This document shows, in pieces, positions 1 through 9,269 of a stretch of 58,151 nucleotides of DNA. A program made the position numbers and the translations under genes. Source of the DNA: Candidatus Micrarchaeota archaeon (GTDB taxonomy: Archaea; Micrarchaeota; Micrarchaeia; Micrarchaeales; CABMGC01); contig DAIDLJ010000002.1 in NCBI GenBank assembly GCA_027449585.1, positions 1 to 58,151 on the forward strand, read 5' to 3'. The notes under the pieces were generated by a model. That model did no database searches and had not been told where the DNA came from. It saw nothing but the letters and a program-made list of their open reading frames with translations. Position 1 is the stretch's first letter. The number at the start of each line of letters is the position of its first letter.

Positions 1-39
1 ATAAACATAACATATTCCGGAGGATATCCTGCTCCTTGA
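1..39 (+). CDS. Possible 3' end of an upstream CDS (INITYSGGYPAP*), truncated by the window edge
   Basis: Open frame from base 1 to TGA at 37-39 using the genome's preferred ATA Ile codons; too short to verify. Confidence 0.3.
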   Translation: MNITYSGGYPAP

Positions 40-194
40 TGTCTTCCTAATGTAAAAACGACGCAGCTGGGGATGTTTAGGCCACGTCCAAGCATTAAAC
101 ATTTCCTACGCCATATTTTCATATAGGGCTGCGCTACGTGTTTATGAGCAGAAAACCACTAAATGGAAAAGTACGAAAAGCTTATAAATAAGAA

Positions 195-211
195 AGTAAG
201 ATAATATTACT
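195..211. promoter_or_regulatory. Inverted repeat AGTAA-N7-TTACT between the TATA box and antitoxin start; candidate autorepression operator
   Basis: AAAAGCTTATAAATA (BRE/TATA-like, about 176-190), then AGTAAGATAATATTACT, then ATG at 220. Confidence 0.5.
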
Positions 212-219
212 GTGATTGA

Positions 220-486
220 ATGACTGATGAAGTAACCGTAATGAGTGTTAGAGGACAGGTAGTAATACCCAAAGAAGTCAGAAGGAAGCTACAGCTTAAG
301 CCGAAGGATAGGCTCATTGTCTATGGTGAAGATGATACCATAATAATGAAGAGACTTGACCTGCCTGAGCTGAAGGAAACCTTTGAAAAGATAAGGCAGA
401 TTGCAAAGGAACGGGATAGGAAGCATGGAAGGCTCAGCCAGAAGGATATAGGCAAGGAGGTTAGTGCAGTAAGGCATGCGCATTAA
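220..486 (+). CDS. AbrB/MazE/SpoVT-family antitoxin (VapB-like)
   Basis: N-terminal SVRGQVVIPKEVRRKLQLKPKDRL swapped-hairpin motif; directly upstream of a PIN gene. Confidence 0.9.
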   Translation: MTDEVTVMSVRGQVVIPKEVRRKLQLKPKDRLIVYGEDDTIIMKRLDLPELKETFEKIRQIAKERDRKHGRLSQKDIGKEVSAVRHAH

Positions 487-497
487 GGGGTATCTTA

Positions 498-914
498 ATG
501 GTGCGTATCGTCCTCGATACCAACATATTGGTTTCTGGCCTGCTTTATTCAGGCAAGCCCAGAAGATTGATAGGCCTGGCCATACATGGAAGGATAGAAG
601 TTGTGTCCTCGATAGAGATGATCAGTGAACTAAGGGAGGTTCTATCCAGGGAGAAATTTGGGTTAGACACTGGAGACCAGGTATCTATGGTGGATTTTGT
701 AATAAGACTAAGCCGCATAACTATTTTGAAAAGCAAATTCAAGGCGGTAAAAGACCCTGACGATGACATGGTGATAAATACAGCGTATGACGGGAAGGTG
801 ACATACATAGTCTCAGGGGATAAGGACTTATTGGAATTGAAACAGTTTGGTGAAATAAGGATAGTGAAGGCTAGTTAGATGCTTAGACTGATAGAGGAAG
901 GCGTGGTGAAATGA
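498..914 (+). CDS. PIN-domain toxin (VapC-like) with in-frame TAG at 876-878; natural end probably TGA 912-914
   Basis: VLDTNILVS, DPDDD and IVSGDKDLL motifs; 11 further codons (MLRLIEEGVVK) follow the TAG and end in an ATGA overlap with the next ORF. Confidence 0.85.
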
Positions 915-1138
915 TTAAGAACGAAAAAAGACACAGGATAACAATAAGCTTAAGCAACGATGAGCTTGAGGCACTTGAAGACTCTTTGGTAGCTTGGAAT
1001 CTTTGCAAGAAACATAATGCCCAGACCTGGAGTCCGAAGACTGGGGAGAAGACCCTCGTTTTTGCTAAGGTGGGCCCAGTGAGATTTGAACTCACGACAT
1101 CTGGCTTTCCTGCTCTTTCTTTTGAAAAAGAGATATAA
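911..1138 (+). CDS. Small hypothetical protein, probably truncated; last about 22 codons are antisense tRNA sequence
   Basis: ATGA-coupled start; RITISLSNDELEAL resembles a ribbon-helix-helix start; the frame runs into the tRNA-Ile gene at 1071. Confidence 0.4.
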   Translation: MIKNEKRHRITISLSNDELEALEDSLVAWNLCKKHNAQTWSPKTGEKTLVFAKVGPVRFELTTSGFPALSFEKEI

Positions 1139-1172
1139 GACCAGCGCTCTAACCAGGCTGAGCTATGAGCCC
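1071..1172 (-). tRNA. tRNA-Ile (anticodon UAU) with 27-nt intron at canonical position 37/38 (1107-1133)
   Basis: Minus strand GGGCTCA..TGGGCCC-A acceptor stem, D arm TAGCTCAGCCTGGTTAGAGC, anticodon arm CTGGT-CT-TAT-A|intron|A-GCCAG, T arm GTGAGTTCAAATCTCAC; bulge-helix-bulge-like splice motif; CCA not encoded. Confidence 0.93.
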
Positions 1173-1299
1173 ACAGCATAATCTTATATCCAAGATATTT
1201 TAATCCTTATGCTCTGTCTCTCAATCTTTCTGCACGGTTTTACGATGCCACCAGACACATTAATAAGACATATTTGCGTATGGTATCTGCTGATGGCAC

Positions 1300-2607
1300 A
1301 TGGACCTTGGAGAAGGGCTTAGGAAGGCTATTGCAAGGCTTAGCGGAGCGACCATAATAGACGCAAAGGCGATAAAGGAGTTCAACAAGGAGCTCCAGAA
1401 GGCGCTTATATCCGCGGACGTTGAGGTTGAGCTGGTCTTTGAGCTCACCAAGAAGATAGAGGAGGCGGCGCTGAAGAGCAAGATGCCTGAAGGGGTCAGC
1501 CACAAGGACTACATAACCAACCTAGTCTACGAGGAGCTCAGCAGGCTTATGGGGGAGAGCTATGAGCCCGAGATAAGGCCGAAGAAGATACTGCTTGCGG
1601 GAATCTATGGATCGGGCAAGACCACAACATCTGCAAAGCTTGCAAAGTTCTACCAGGATCGCGGCCTTGGTGTTGGACTGATATGCTGCGATGTATCAAG
1701 GCCTGCGGCTTACGAGCAGCTCGAGACTCTTGCAAAGCAGGCAGGAGCAGGATTCTTCGGCATGAAGAATGAGAAGGACGTTGCAAAAATAGTAAGGGAA
1801 GGAATGCTTGAACTCAAGGGCAAGAAGGTCATAATATGCGACTCGAGCGGAAGGAGCGGAATGGATGAGGAATTGATAAAGGAGCTCAAGCTGATAAACA
1901 ACCAGTTCAAGCCAGATGAGAAGCTTCTTGTAATAAATGCAGATATAGGACAGGTGGCGGGGCGGCAGGCCGCAGAGTTCAACAGGGCGATAGGGCTTAC
2001 CGGTGTCATAGTCACAAAGCTCGACGGATCCGGTAAGGGAGGCGGGGCGCTTAGCGCGGTCAATGCAGCATCTGTGCGCGTGATGTTCACCGGAACAGGG
2101 GAGAAGCTCAACGCTCTGGAGCTTTATGACTCGAAGAAGTTCGTTGGAAGGCTTCTTGGCGTGCCGGACCTCGAGGGGCTTCTTGCGCACGTGAACGAGG
2201 CGATAAAGAACTCGGACCTAAAGGCCGAGGATGTGAATTCCGAGGAGCTCAACTTCGAGAGCTTCTACAAGCAGATGAAGGCCATGTCCAAGATGGGGCC
2301 CATGAAGAACGTGCTCGGGATGATGGGCCTTGCCGACGTGCCAAAGGAGGCCGTTGAGACGGGAGAGTCCAAGCTGAAGAAGTACGAGAACATAATAGGA
2401 TCGATGACCAGGGAGGAGAGGCTTGGTGAGAAGCAGCTCAAGGATCCTGGACGCATAGCAAGGATTGCGAAGGGAAGCGGCGTTGGCGAGAAGGATGTGA
2501 AGGAGCTGATAGCTGACTTCAACAAGATGAAGAAGATGGCTGACATGCTCAAGAACAACAGGGACGTGAGAAAGCAGATGTCTAAGTTCATGCCGAAGGG
2601 GTCATGA
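1300..2607 (+). CDS. ffh: Signal recognition particle GTPase SRP54/Ffh
   Basis: ALISADV N-domain, GSGKTTT, DSSGR, TKLDGSGKGGGALS, Met-rich M domain (SMTREER, RIARIAKGSG). Confidence 0.97.
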   Translation: MDLGEGLRKAIARLSGATIIDAKAIKEFNKELQKALISADVEVELVFELTKKIEEAALKSKMPEGVSHKDYITNLVYEELSRLMGESYEPEIRPKKILLAGIYGSGKTTTSAKLAKFYQDRGLGVGLICCDVSRPAAYEQLETLAKQAGAGFFGMKNEKDVAKIVREGMLELKGKKVIICDSSGRSGMDEELIKELKLINNQFKPDEKLLVINADIGQVAGRQAAEFNRAIGLTGVIVTKLDGSGKGGGALSAVNAASVRVMFTGTGEKLNALELYDSKKFVGRLLGVPDLEGLLAHVNEAIKNSDLKAEDVNSEELNFESFYKQMKAMSKMGPMKNVLGMMGLADVPKEAVETGESKLKKYENIIGSMTREERLGEKQLKDPGRIARIAKGSGVGEKDVKELIADFNKMKKMADMLKNNRDVRKQMSKFMPKGS

Positions 2608-2615
2608 TTACTTCT

Positions 2616-4022
2616 TTACCTCATTCCTTTGTATTTCCTAACTATTCTTTCTATTATCTCAACTGACTTGCCCATGTTCGACCTTGGATCGCAAAGGAGC
2701 TTTAGCTCCTCTTTTGAGACGAGTCTGGATATCTCCCTCTCGCCAATTAGGCTCTCTAGATAGTCCATGCCACTTGCAAGAGAGCGCTGGGCCGCATTGA
2801 CCGAGAGCTGCCTTGCCTTGTGCCTTGGCATTCCCTTCTCTATGAGCTTGCTCATTACAAGCTGCGATGCGGTGACGCCCTTTGTGTGGTTTAGATTTCT
2901 CCTTATGTTCTCCTCCATCGGCGAGGAGCGCTCGATAAGGTTCTTTACGAGCATGCAGGAATAATCGGACAGGATGAATGACTCTGGAAGTGCAATCCTG
3001 TCGGAGAGCGATGCGGTGAGGTCCCTGAAGTCCTCTGTTGCCATCGATTCCAGGGCGGTCAGCGCGTGGCCTCTTGCCACCCTGCCTATGGAGATGCACC
3101 TCTCCTCTATGAACGGATTGCCGTGTATGCTCTTGTGCGGCATTGCCGAGCTTCCTATCGATCCCTCCTCGGGCATCTCGACGAGCTCCTGGACCTCGGT
3201 CCTCTTCAGCGTCTTTATGTAAGAGGCGATTGTCGCAAGCCTTCCGCAGAGCACTGCAAGATCGGATATGATGTATGCAAGGTCCTCCCTTGGAGGGGTC
3301 TGCATCGTCATCTCCGACTTCTTTATCTTGAGGCTTGATAGGACCTTGGCCTCGATCGCCATGCCATCCATGCCTTCGCTCGTATGGACATCGTATGTGC
3401 CTATGACTCCGGAGAGCTTTCCCTCGACATAGTTCTCCCTGTCTGACTTGAGCCTGTCTATGCTCTTTTGCAGGGAGTATCCGAAGAATGCGAATGGGAG
3501 GCCAAATGCTGCAGGTATTGCATGCTGCCCGTGGGTCCTTGTTATTGCAGGGATTGATTTCCATTCAAAGGCCGCCTTCAGGCAGGCATCGCGCGCCTGC
3601 GAGGCCGTCTTTATGAGCAGGTCAAGGGCCCTTTTGGTCTGCATAGCCTTTGCGGTCTCTATCGCATCTGCCGATGTCATTGCGAAGTGAACGTAACGGC
3701 CGGCAGGTCCGGCCTTCTTTGCCGCGAGGCTAATCAGGGCGCCCATTTCATGGTGCGTCTTCTCGGCCTCGATCTTTCTCACCTCCCTTGGAGTGACCTT
3801 TCTGGTATTTGCTATCGATTTTATCCTTGATGCTGCGGACTTTGGCACCTTTTTGGGATAGAATTCTGAGAGGACCTTTGCATTCTCCGCCTCCACGTCA
3901 AGCAGGGCCTGGATGTAGCTGTCATCATTGAATATCTTAGACATTGGAGTGGTGTATCTTGTGCCTATTGGGGATATCTGGTCAGTTTGCGAATATGATA
4001 CGTCAAGCTTCCTTGGTTTCAT
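2616..4022 (-). CDS. purB: Adenylosuccinate lyase
   Basis: HFAMTSAD, RTHGQHA, GSSAMPHK fumarase-superfamily signature; adjacent to purA. Confidence 0.92.
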   Translation of the reverse strand: MKPRKLDVSYSQTDQISPIGTRYTTPMSKIFNDDSYIQALLDVEAENAKVLSEFYPKKVPKSAASRIKSIANTRKVTPREVRKIEAEKTHHEMGALISLAAKKAGPAGRYVHFAMTSADAIETAKAMQTKRALDLLIKTASQARDACLKAAFEWKSIPAITRTHGQHAIPAAFGLPFAFFGYSLQKSIDRLKSDRENYVEGKLSGVIGTYDVHTSEGMDGMAIEAKVLSSLKIKKSEMTMQTPPREDLAYIISDLAVLCGRLATIASYIKTLKRTEVQELVEMPEEGSIGSSAMPHKSIHGNPFIEERCISIGRVARGHALTALESMATEDFRDLTASLSDRIALPESFILSDYSCMLVKNLIERSSPMEENIRRNLNHTKGVTASQLVMSKLIEKGMPRHKARQLSVNAAQRSLASGMDYLESLIGEREISRLVSKEELKLLCDPRSNMGKSVEIIERIVRKYKGMR

Positions 4023-4046
4023 GGCCTTACCGCTTCAAATTATTCC

Positions 4047-5054
4047 TCACAAAAGCTCCGCCCTCCTGTCAATCATGTCTGATGCATCTGCGCCTGTGCC
4101 TATCAGGGTTACTGGCACCCTTAGTTTTTGCTCTATGTCCCCTATCCAGACCTTTGCCTCGCCTGGAAGATCCTCGAAATTGCGCACTCCTGCTGCGCCT
4201 TTGAACAGGGTGTCCATCTTGGTTATTGCTACCTGGTTTGCGGAGCTTATCTTGACCACAGACTTTGCAAGGTCTGCATCAAATGGGGCGACTCTCCTCT
4301 GCCTGCCGGTGACAGTACCGAACTCTGCCATGCCCAGCTCCTTTGCCTCTTCCGGCTTGATCTCCCTGTTGAGCGGGCCTCCGCCGACCCTTGTTATGAA
4401 AGACTTGAATATGACTATTATGTTGTCAACGTACTTTGGCCCCACTCCAACCTCGCTGAGTATGCCTGATGATGTGGTGTTCCTGCTTGTGACATAAGGG
4501 TATTCGCCATGGTATAGGCTTAGGAAGTGGCCTTGGCTGCCCTCAACCTGCACCTTGCCGTCATTCTCGACGCAGTTTATGACCTCCGAAGGCACATCGG
4601 CTATGAACCTTGAGAGCTCGGGATAGTCCTTGGCGAGCTTGAGGCTCCTTAGTATTCTCTTTGCCTCCGCCGCCCCTACCCCTTGCTTAGTGCTGCCAAC
4701 TTCATTGCTAAGAAGTGCGTTCTTCTGCTCCTCCTCTGCCTCCAGTGCAGTTATTACCGCGGTGTGGCCGTCGATCATTATCCTGTCAGTAGTGCCCGTC
4801 TCCTCCATCTCCTTGAGTATCATCTCGCGCCTTATCAGGGCTCCTGGGGGTATGACAAGCTTTGTCTTCTTGCTTAGGAATGCCGTAGGTATGGACCTGA
4901 GCTTGTAGGTCTTGCCTTCGTGCACTGCGGTATGGCCGGCATTTACGCTTCCAGTCCTTACTGCCATCTCTGGAAGATCCTTGAGGGCAAGATACGAAGC
5001 CACCTTCCCTTTTCCCTCATCACCATAGAAACCACCGACTAGGATATCGATCAT
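4047..5054 (-). CDS. purA: Adenylosuccinate synthetase (short archaeal type)
   Basis: [32 protein letters not shown] motifs; start placed at the ATG after a GGGGTG RBS. Confidence 0.96.
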   Translation of the reverse strand: MIDILVGGFYGDEGKGKVASYLALKDLPEMAVRTGSVNAGHTAVHEGKTYKLRSIPTAFLSKKTKLVIPPGALIRREMILKEMEETGTTDRIMIDGHTAVITALEAEEEQKNALLSNEVGSTKQGVGAAEAKRILRSLKLAKDYPELSRFIADVPSEVINCVENDGKVQVEGSQGHFLSLYHGEYPYVTSRNTTSSGILSEVGVGPKYVDNIIVIFKSFITRVGGGPLNREIKPEEAKELGMAEFGTVTGRQRRVAPFDADLAKSVVKISSANQVAITKMDTLFKGAAGVRNFEDLPGEAKVWIGDIEQKLRVPVTLIGTGADASDMIDRRAELL

Positions 5055-5136
5055 TTGCTGCACCCCAGTAGTTTATCGTGCGGATAAGAATTAAAATCTT
5101 AGTATGACCAAGATGAGTGAATCCAGGTGTAGCAAG

Positions 5137-6249
5137 TTGGTAGACAAGGAGCAGGGGCTTAGGAAGATAGACGAGCTCAAGGAGCAGTATTCAAAGACAA
5201 AGTACAACAAGGCCACTAACAAGTATCTGGGGATGCTAAGGGCAAAGATCGCCGGGATAAAGAGGGAGATCGAGAGCCAGGGCAGGAAGGCGGGCAGTGG
5301 CTATGCTGTAAGGAAGTCCGGGAATGCGACAGTAGCGCTTGTTGGCTTTCCTAACGCCGGCAAGTCCTCGCTCCTGCATGTGCTCACCGGCGTGGAGTCA
5401 AGGGTTGCAGATTATGCCTTCACAACACTTGACGTGATCCCGGGGATGCTTGAATACAGCGGAGCAAAGATACAGATACTCGACCTGCCGGGGCTTATCC
5501 AGGGCGCGCACGTGGGAAAGGGAGGCAGCATGAAGATAATAAGCGTGATACGCGTCGCTGACCTTGTGCTTTTCGTAATAGACATAAACAATTACCAGCA
5601 GCTCTACCAGCTCATGGAGGAGCTAGAGATGCTTAACATAAGGCTCAACCAAAAAAGGCCCAACATGAGGCTCGAGAAGGGGCTTGCAGGGGGATTGAAT
5701 ATAGAGGGCAACGGACATAGGATACCTGACAAGGACGTTGTGCAGAGCATACTCAACGAGTTCAAGATATTCAATGGCGAAGTCATATTCTACGCAGACA
5801 CCAACGACCAGCAACTGCTTGATTATGTAGCTGACAACTGCGTCTACATAAGGGGCGCAGTAGCCCTAAACAAGATAGATACCGTTGACAAAAGGAAGGT
5901 GGAATCGATAAAGAAAGAGATAGAGACAAGGACCGGGATGAAGGTGACCCCGATAAGCGCGAAGATGGCCGGCAACATAGAGGACCTCAAGGGCACGGTC
6001 TTTGCAGGCCTTGAGCTGATAAGGATCTATCTCAAGCCCAGGGACGGTGAGCCGGACTTTGACAAGCCTTTGGTGCTTAACAAGGGCGCGACGGTTATTG
6101 ATGTTGTGAGGAAGATAAACACCAAGCTCGTCAAGAGCATAAAGTATGCGCTGATAAGCGGCCCGAGCTCCAAGTTCTCAAATCAGCGCGTCGGCAGGGA
6201 GCACAAGGTCCTTGACAAGGATGTCGTTACCGTAGTCTTTGATATGTAA
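5137..6249 (+). CDS. DRG/OBG-family GTPase with C-terminal TGS domain
   Basis: GFPNAGKSS, YAFTT, DLPG, NKID motifs; probable TTG start after AGGTG RBS. Confidence 0.93.
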   Translation: MVDKEQGLRKIDELKEQYSKTKYNKATNKYLGMLRAKIAGIKREIESQGRKAGSGYAVRKSGNATVALVGFPNAGKSSLLHVLTGVESRVADYAFTTLDVIPGMLEYSGAKIQILDLPGLIQGAHVGKGGSMKIISVIRVADLVLFVIDINNYQQLYQLMEELEMLNIRLNQKRPNMRLEKGLAGGLNIEGNGHRIPDKDVVQSILNEFKIFNGEVIFYADTNDQQLLDYVADNCVYIRGAVALNKIDTVDKRKVESIKKEIETRTGMKVTPISAKMAGNIEDLKGTVFAGLELIRIYLKPRDGEPDFDKPLVLNKGATVIDVVRKINTKLVKSIKYALISGPSSKFSNQRVGREHKVLDKDVVTVVFDM

Positions 6250-6276
6250 GCGCACTTGGGCTTTACTCTGACTTTT

Positions 6277-7179
6277 TTAGTACATTGCCTCCAGGCGCTT
6301 TATCCTTTCTGCGGTAGGCGGGTGCGTCGAGAACAGATTAGATATCGAACTTGCCTTGAATGGATTGGAGAAGTAGAGCGACGATGTCACGTCATTTGCA
6401 TTCTTCATGGGCGGGGTCTGCGGATTTGCGGTGAAGCCCTCTATCTTCTTTAGCGCGCTGGCAAGGGACTGGGGATTCCTTGTTATCCTTGCGCCGTTGG
6501 CGTCGGCCATGTACTCCCTCCTCCTGGATATCGCAAGCCTTATCATCATCGCAACTATCGGCGCGATTATGCTTAGCGCAAGGCCTATGATCAGTATCAG
6601 TCCGCCATTGCCTCTGCGGTTCCCGCCAAGGCCTCCAAAGAAGAACATGTTGCGTATGATCGCTGCGGCAAGGCCTATGGCACCTGCGAATACGATTGCA
6701 AGCATCATGAACTGGATATCGTTGTTGTATATGTGGGACATCTCATGCGCTATGACTCCCTGGAGCTCGTCCTTGTTCATCATTGAGAGCAGGCCGGATG
6801 TCACTGCAACAGATGCGTGCTTCTTGTCCCTGCCCGTGGCAAAGGCATTTGGATTTGGATCGTTTATTATGTATACCAGCGGCATTGGTATCTGCGAGGC
6901 TGCTGCAAGCCCCTCTACAGCGGCATACAGCGTTGGGTACTGGCTCTTGTCTGCTGGCTTTGCACCGGATACCTTAAGCACAACGGCGCTGCCTGCGAAG
7001 TATGAGAAGGCCGCATAGGCTATGACTATTATTCCGCCCAGGGCTATTGCAAACGGCCCTCCGCCCATTACCAGGACGAAGAAGTAGATTATGAAGAAGA
7101 ACAGCGCTGAGAATATGCACATTAGCAGTATCGACTTGAGCCTGTTCCTAGATATCTCATCGAAGAAGCTTGCCATCAC
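6277..7179 (-). CDS. htpX: HtpX-like M48 membrane zinc metalloprotease
   Basis: PNAFATG, HEMSH (HExxH), SRRREYMAD, FSTHPP; several TM helices. Confidence 0.95.
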   Translation of the reverse strand: MMASFFDEISRNRLKSILLMCIFSALFFFIIYFFVLVMGGGPFAIALGGIIVIAYAAFSYFAGSAVVLKVSGAKPADKSQYPTLYAAVEGLAAASQIPMPLVYIINDPNPNAFATGRDKKHASVAVTSGLLSMMNKDELQGVIAHEMSHIYNNDIQFMMLAIVFAGAIGLAAAIIRNMFFFGGLGGNRRGNGGLILIIGLALSIIAPIVAMMIRLAISRRREYMADANGARITRNPQSLASALKKIEGFTANPQTPPMKNANDVTSSLYFSNPFKASSISNLFSTHPPTAERIKRLEAMY

Positions 7180-7189
7180 TTATCACAGT

Positions 7190-7789
7190 TTACTTGGACT
7201 TGCCTTTCTGGCCCTTCGAAGCCCCGTCCGCATTGAGATCGCTAAAGTCGACATTCACAGGTTCGGATGCTTCTGGAGGAGCCTGGAAGAAGTCCTGCTT
7301 TGCGAAGTTGAACGTTCCGGCAAAGACATTGCCTGGAAATGTCTGTATCGCATTGTTGTAGTCAAGCACGTAGTCGTTGTAGGATGTCCTTACGAATGCG
7401 ATCTTGTCCTCCGTGCTCTCAAGCTCCTGCTGGAGCATCTGGAAGTTCTGCGAGGCCTTTAGGTCAGGATAGTTCTCTGCTACGGCAAAGATGCTCTTGA
7501 GCGCCTGGCTGAGCTGGTTGTTGGCATCTGCCTTCTGCTGCACAGATCCAGTAATTATCGAGCTTCTCAGAGCAGTTACCTGTGTAAGCACGCTCTTCTC
7601 ATATCCTGCATAGCCCTTGACAGTATTGATAAGGTTTGGTATCAGGTCGTATCTCCTCTTTAGCTGCACGTCTATCTGCGCCCAGGCGTCCTGGACCCTG
7701 TTCCTCTTCTGCACAAAGCCGTTGTACATCATCACAAAGAAGAGTGCAACGAGAACTACGACAACTATGCCTATCTCTAAAAGTACCAT
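7190..7789 (-). CDS. lemA: LemA family protein
   Basis: N-terminal TM, IDVQLKRRYDLIPNL, AENYPDLKA; canonical lemA-htpX pair. Confidence 0.95.
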   Translation of the reverse strand: MVLLEIGIVVVVLVALFFVMMYNGFVQKRNRVQDAWAQIDVQLKRRYDLIPNLINTVKGYAGYEKSVLTQVTALRSSIITGSVQQKADANNQLSQALKSIFAVAENYPDLKASQNFQMLQQELESTEDKIAFVRTSYNDYVLDYNNAIQTFPGNVFAGTFNFAKQDFFQAPPEASEPVNVDFSDLNADGASKGQKGKSK

Positions 7790-7900
7790 AAAACCGATAT
7801 AATATGGCTGCAAAAACTTAAAAACACTCATCTTGGTTGCGGTAAATGCAGGATTATAAATTAGTTTGATAATCAGTTAATAGTATTTGCAGGTGGAGTC

Positions 7901-8755
7901 ATGTTTGAAAATATTACTGCAGGCTGGAAGCTTGGCGGGGCCGTAAGAAAACTGATCTTTGAAGACAAGAAGCTAATGGTCTTCCCGATCGTAGCCGCAA
8001 TAGTCCTACTGGTCGAGACCATAGCGATATTCGCATCGCTCTTCCTATTCGGCGCCGGGAGCTCTGTGCCATTCGTTGCTTGGCTGGTCATATACTATAT
8101 AATAGTCTATTTCACATCGACATACATACTCGTCGCCATGCTGATAGCCTTCAGGAGCTTTGGCACCAAGACGCCAGTAGGATTTGCTGGTGCATTCTCC
8201 AAGGCTTCTGGATATTTTGTGCAGATCTTTGAATGGGCCGTATTCGAATCGATAGTCACTATGATAATACGGGTAATAGAGCAGAGACTTGGCTATGTTG
8301 GAGCGGCGATCTTCGGGCTTGCGGCCTCAATGGCAATGGGCACTGCCACTGCGTTTGCGATACCTGTGATAGTGGACAAGAAGATGGGTCCGATAGACAC
8401 TCTCAAGGAGAGCACAAATTTCATAATAAAGAATTTCGGCAAGACCTTTGGAGGACTCATCTACTCCGAGCTATACTCTCTCATATTCATAGTTGCGGGC
8501 ATAGCGATGGTGATCCTTGGACTGTTCACGCTTGGCTTACTTGTGGTACTTGGCATCGCGCTCATAGTGTTCGGCGCCATGATGAGCTAGCTGATCTCGA
8601 ATGTCTACAGATTCGTACTGTATGATTACATGAACGGAGGGAAGCTGCCTGAGGGAATAACCGACGATATGGTTAAGTCATCAGTGAAGAGGCAGACGCA
8701 GGGCAGGGGAGGGCTTGGGGGCGTTTTTGGCGGCGGGAGCACTGGCAACATATGA
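7901..8755 (+). CDS. Multi-pass membrane protein (DUF6159-like) interrupted by in-frame TAG at 8588-8590 (readthrough, pseudogene or sequence error)
   Basis: Hydrophobic ORF; after the TAG, 54 more sense codons LISNVYRFVLYDYMNGGKLPEGITDDMVKSSVKR...GNI to TGA 8753-8755 resemble the usual family C-terminus. Confidence 0.75.
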
Positions 8756-8816
8756 CCATGCAGCTATCGCGTCTCTTCAGTAAAGGTTAAATTCGTTTCT
8801 TGAGATTACCATACTT

Positions 8817-9269
8817 ATGGCGATCAGATACTGGGAGTATGAGGATGCCCCACTCAAGGAGAAGCTAAAGGATCCCAACGTCAGGGACATTGCCAAGATT
8901 TACTTCGACAATGACACAAAGGCCTACAGGTTCTCACGCGCGCTGTGCGAGGTGAAGAAGAAGGGCAGCCTTAGGCTCAAGGATTGCAGCGGCGAATTGC
9001 CAGTAGCCACATGGAAGAGGTATCTTGACTTTGGGGTTATGGTCGGCATGCTCAAGCACGAAGAAGGTAGCTACTCGTTCACTGACAGGTATTCCAGGCC
9101 CCTAAAGAACATATCCTCTTACATAAAAGCCTGGATGGAGGTGCCTAAGGAAGAGGATCTGCTTGTGCTTTTTGCAAATGCCAAGACGGACAGGCAAAGG
9201 AAGCGCGGCGGCAGGACGACTGTGGAAGCCGCGCAGCCGCAGCAGACAGAGGTCAAGCAGGCAGATTAG
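8817..9269 (+). CDS. Hypothetical protein, probable winged-helix fold
   Basis: LPVATWKRYLDFGVMVGMLKHEEGSYSFT resembles a recognition helix plus wing; own TATA-like element at about 8782-8792. Confidence 0.6.
   Translation: MAIRYWEYEDAPLKEKLKDPNVRDIAKIYFDNDTKAYRFSRALCEVKKKGSLRLKDCSGELPVATWKRYLDFGVMVGMLKHEEGSYSFTDRYSRPLKNISSYIKAWMEVPKEEDLLVLFANAKTDRQRKRGGRTTVEAAQPQQTEVKQAD

Noticed and set aside
68..107. Hairpin GGATGTTTA/TAAACATTTCC upstream of the TA module as an IS end
   Set aside because: No matching terminal repeat, target duplication or transposase; could simply be a terminator-like structure
883..1179. 98-aa minus-strand ORF
   Set aside because: Its N-terminus is a translation of the tRNA-Ile gene and the rest is antisense to ORF 911-1138
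2659..3564. Long alternative-frame and antisense ORFs (for example 2659-3564, 12144-13310, 25841-26689, 28082-29692, 42332-43189)
   Set aside because: Shadows of well-conserved genes caused by codon bias; no motifs, RBS or plausible composition
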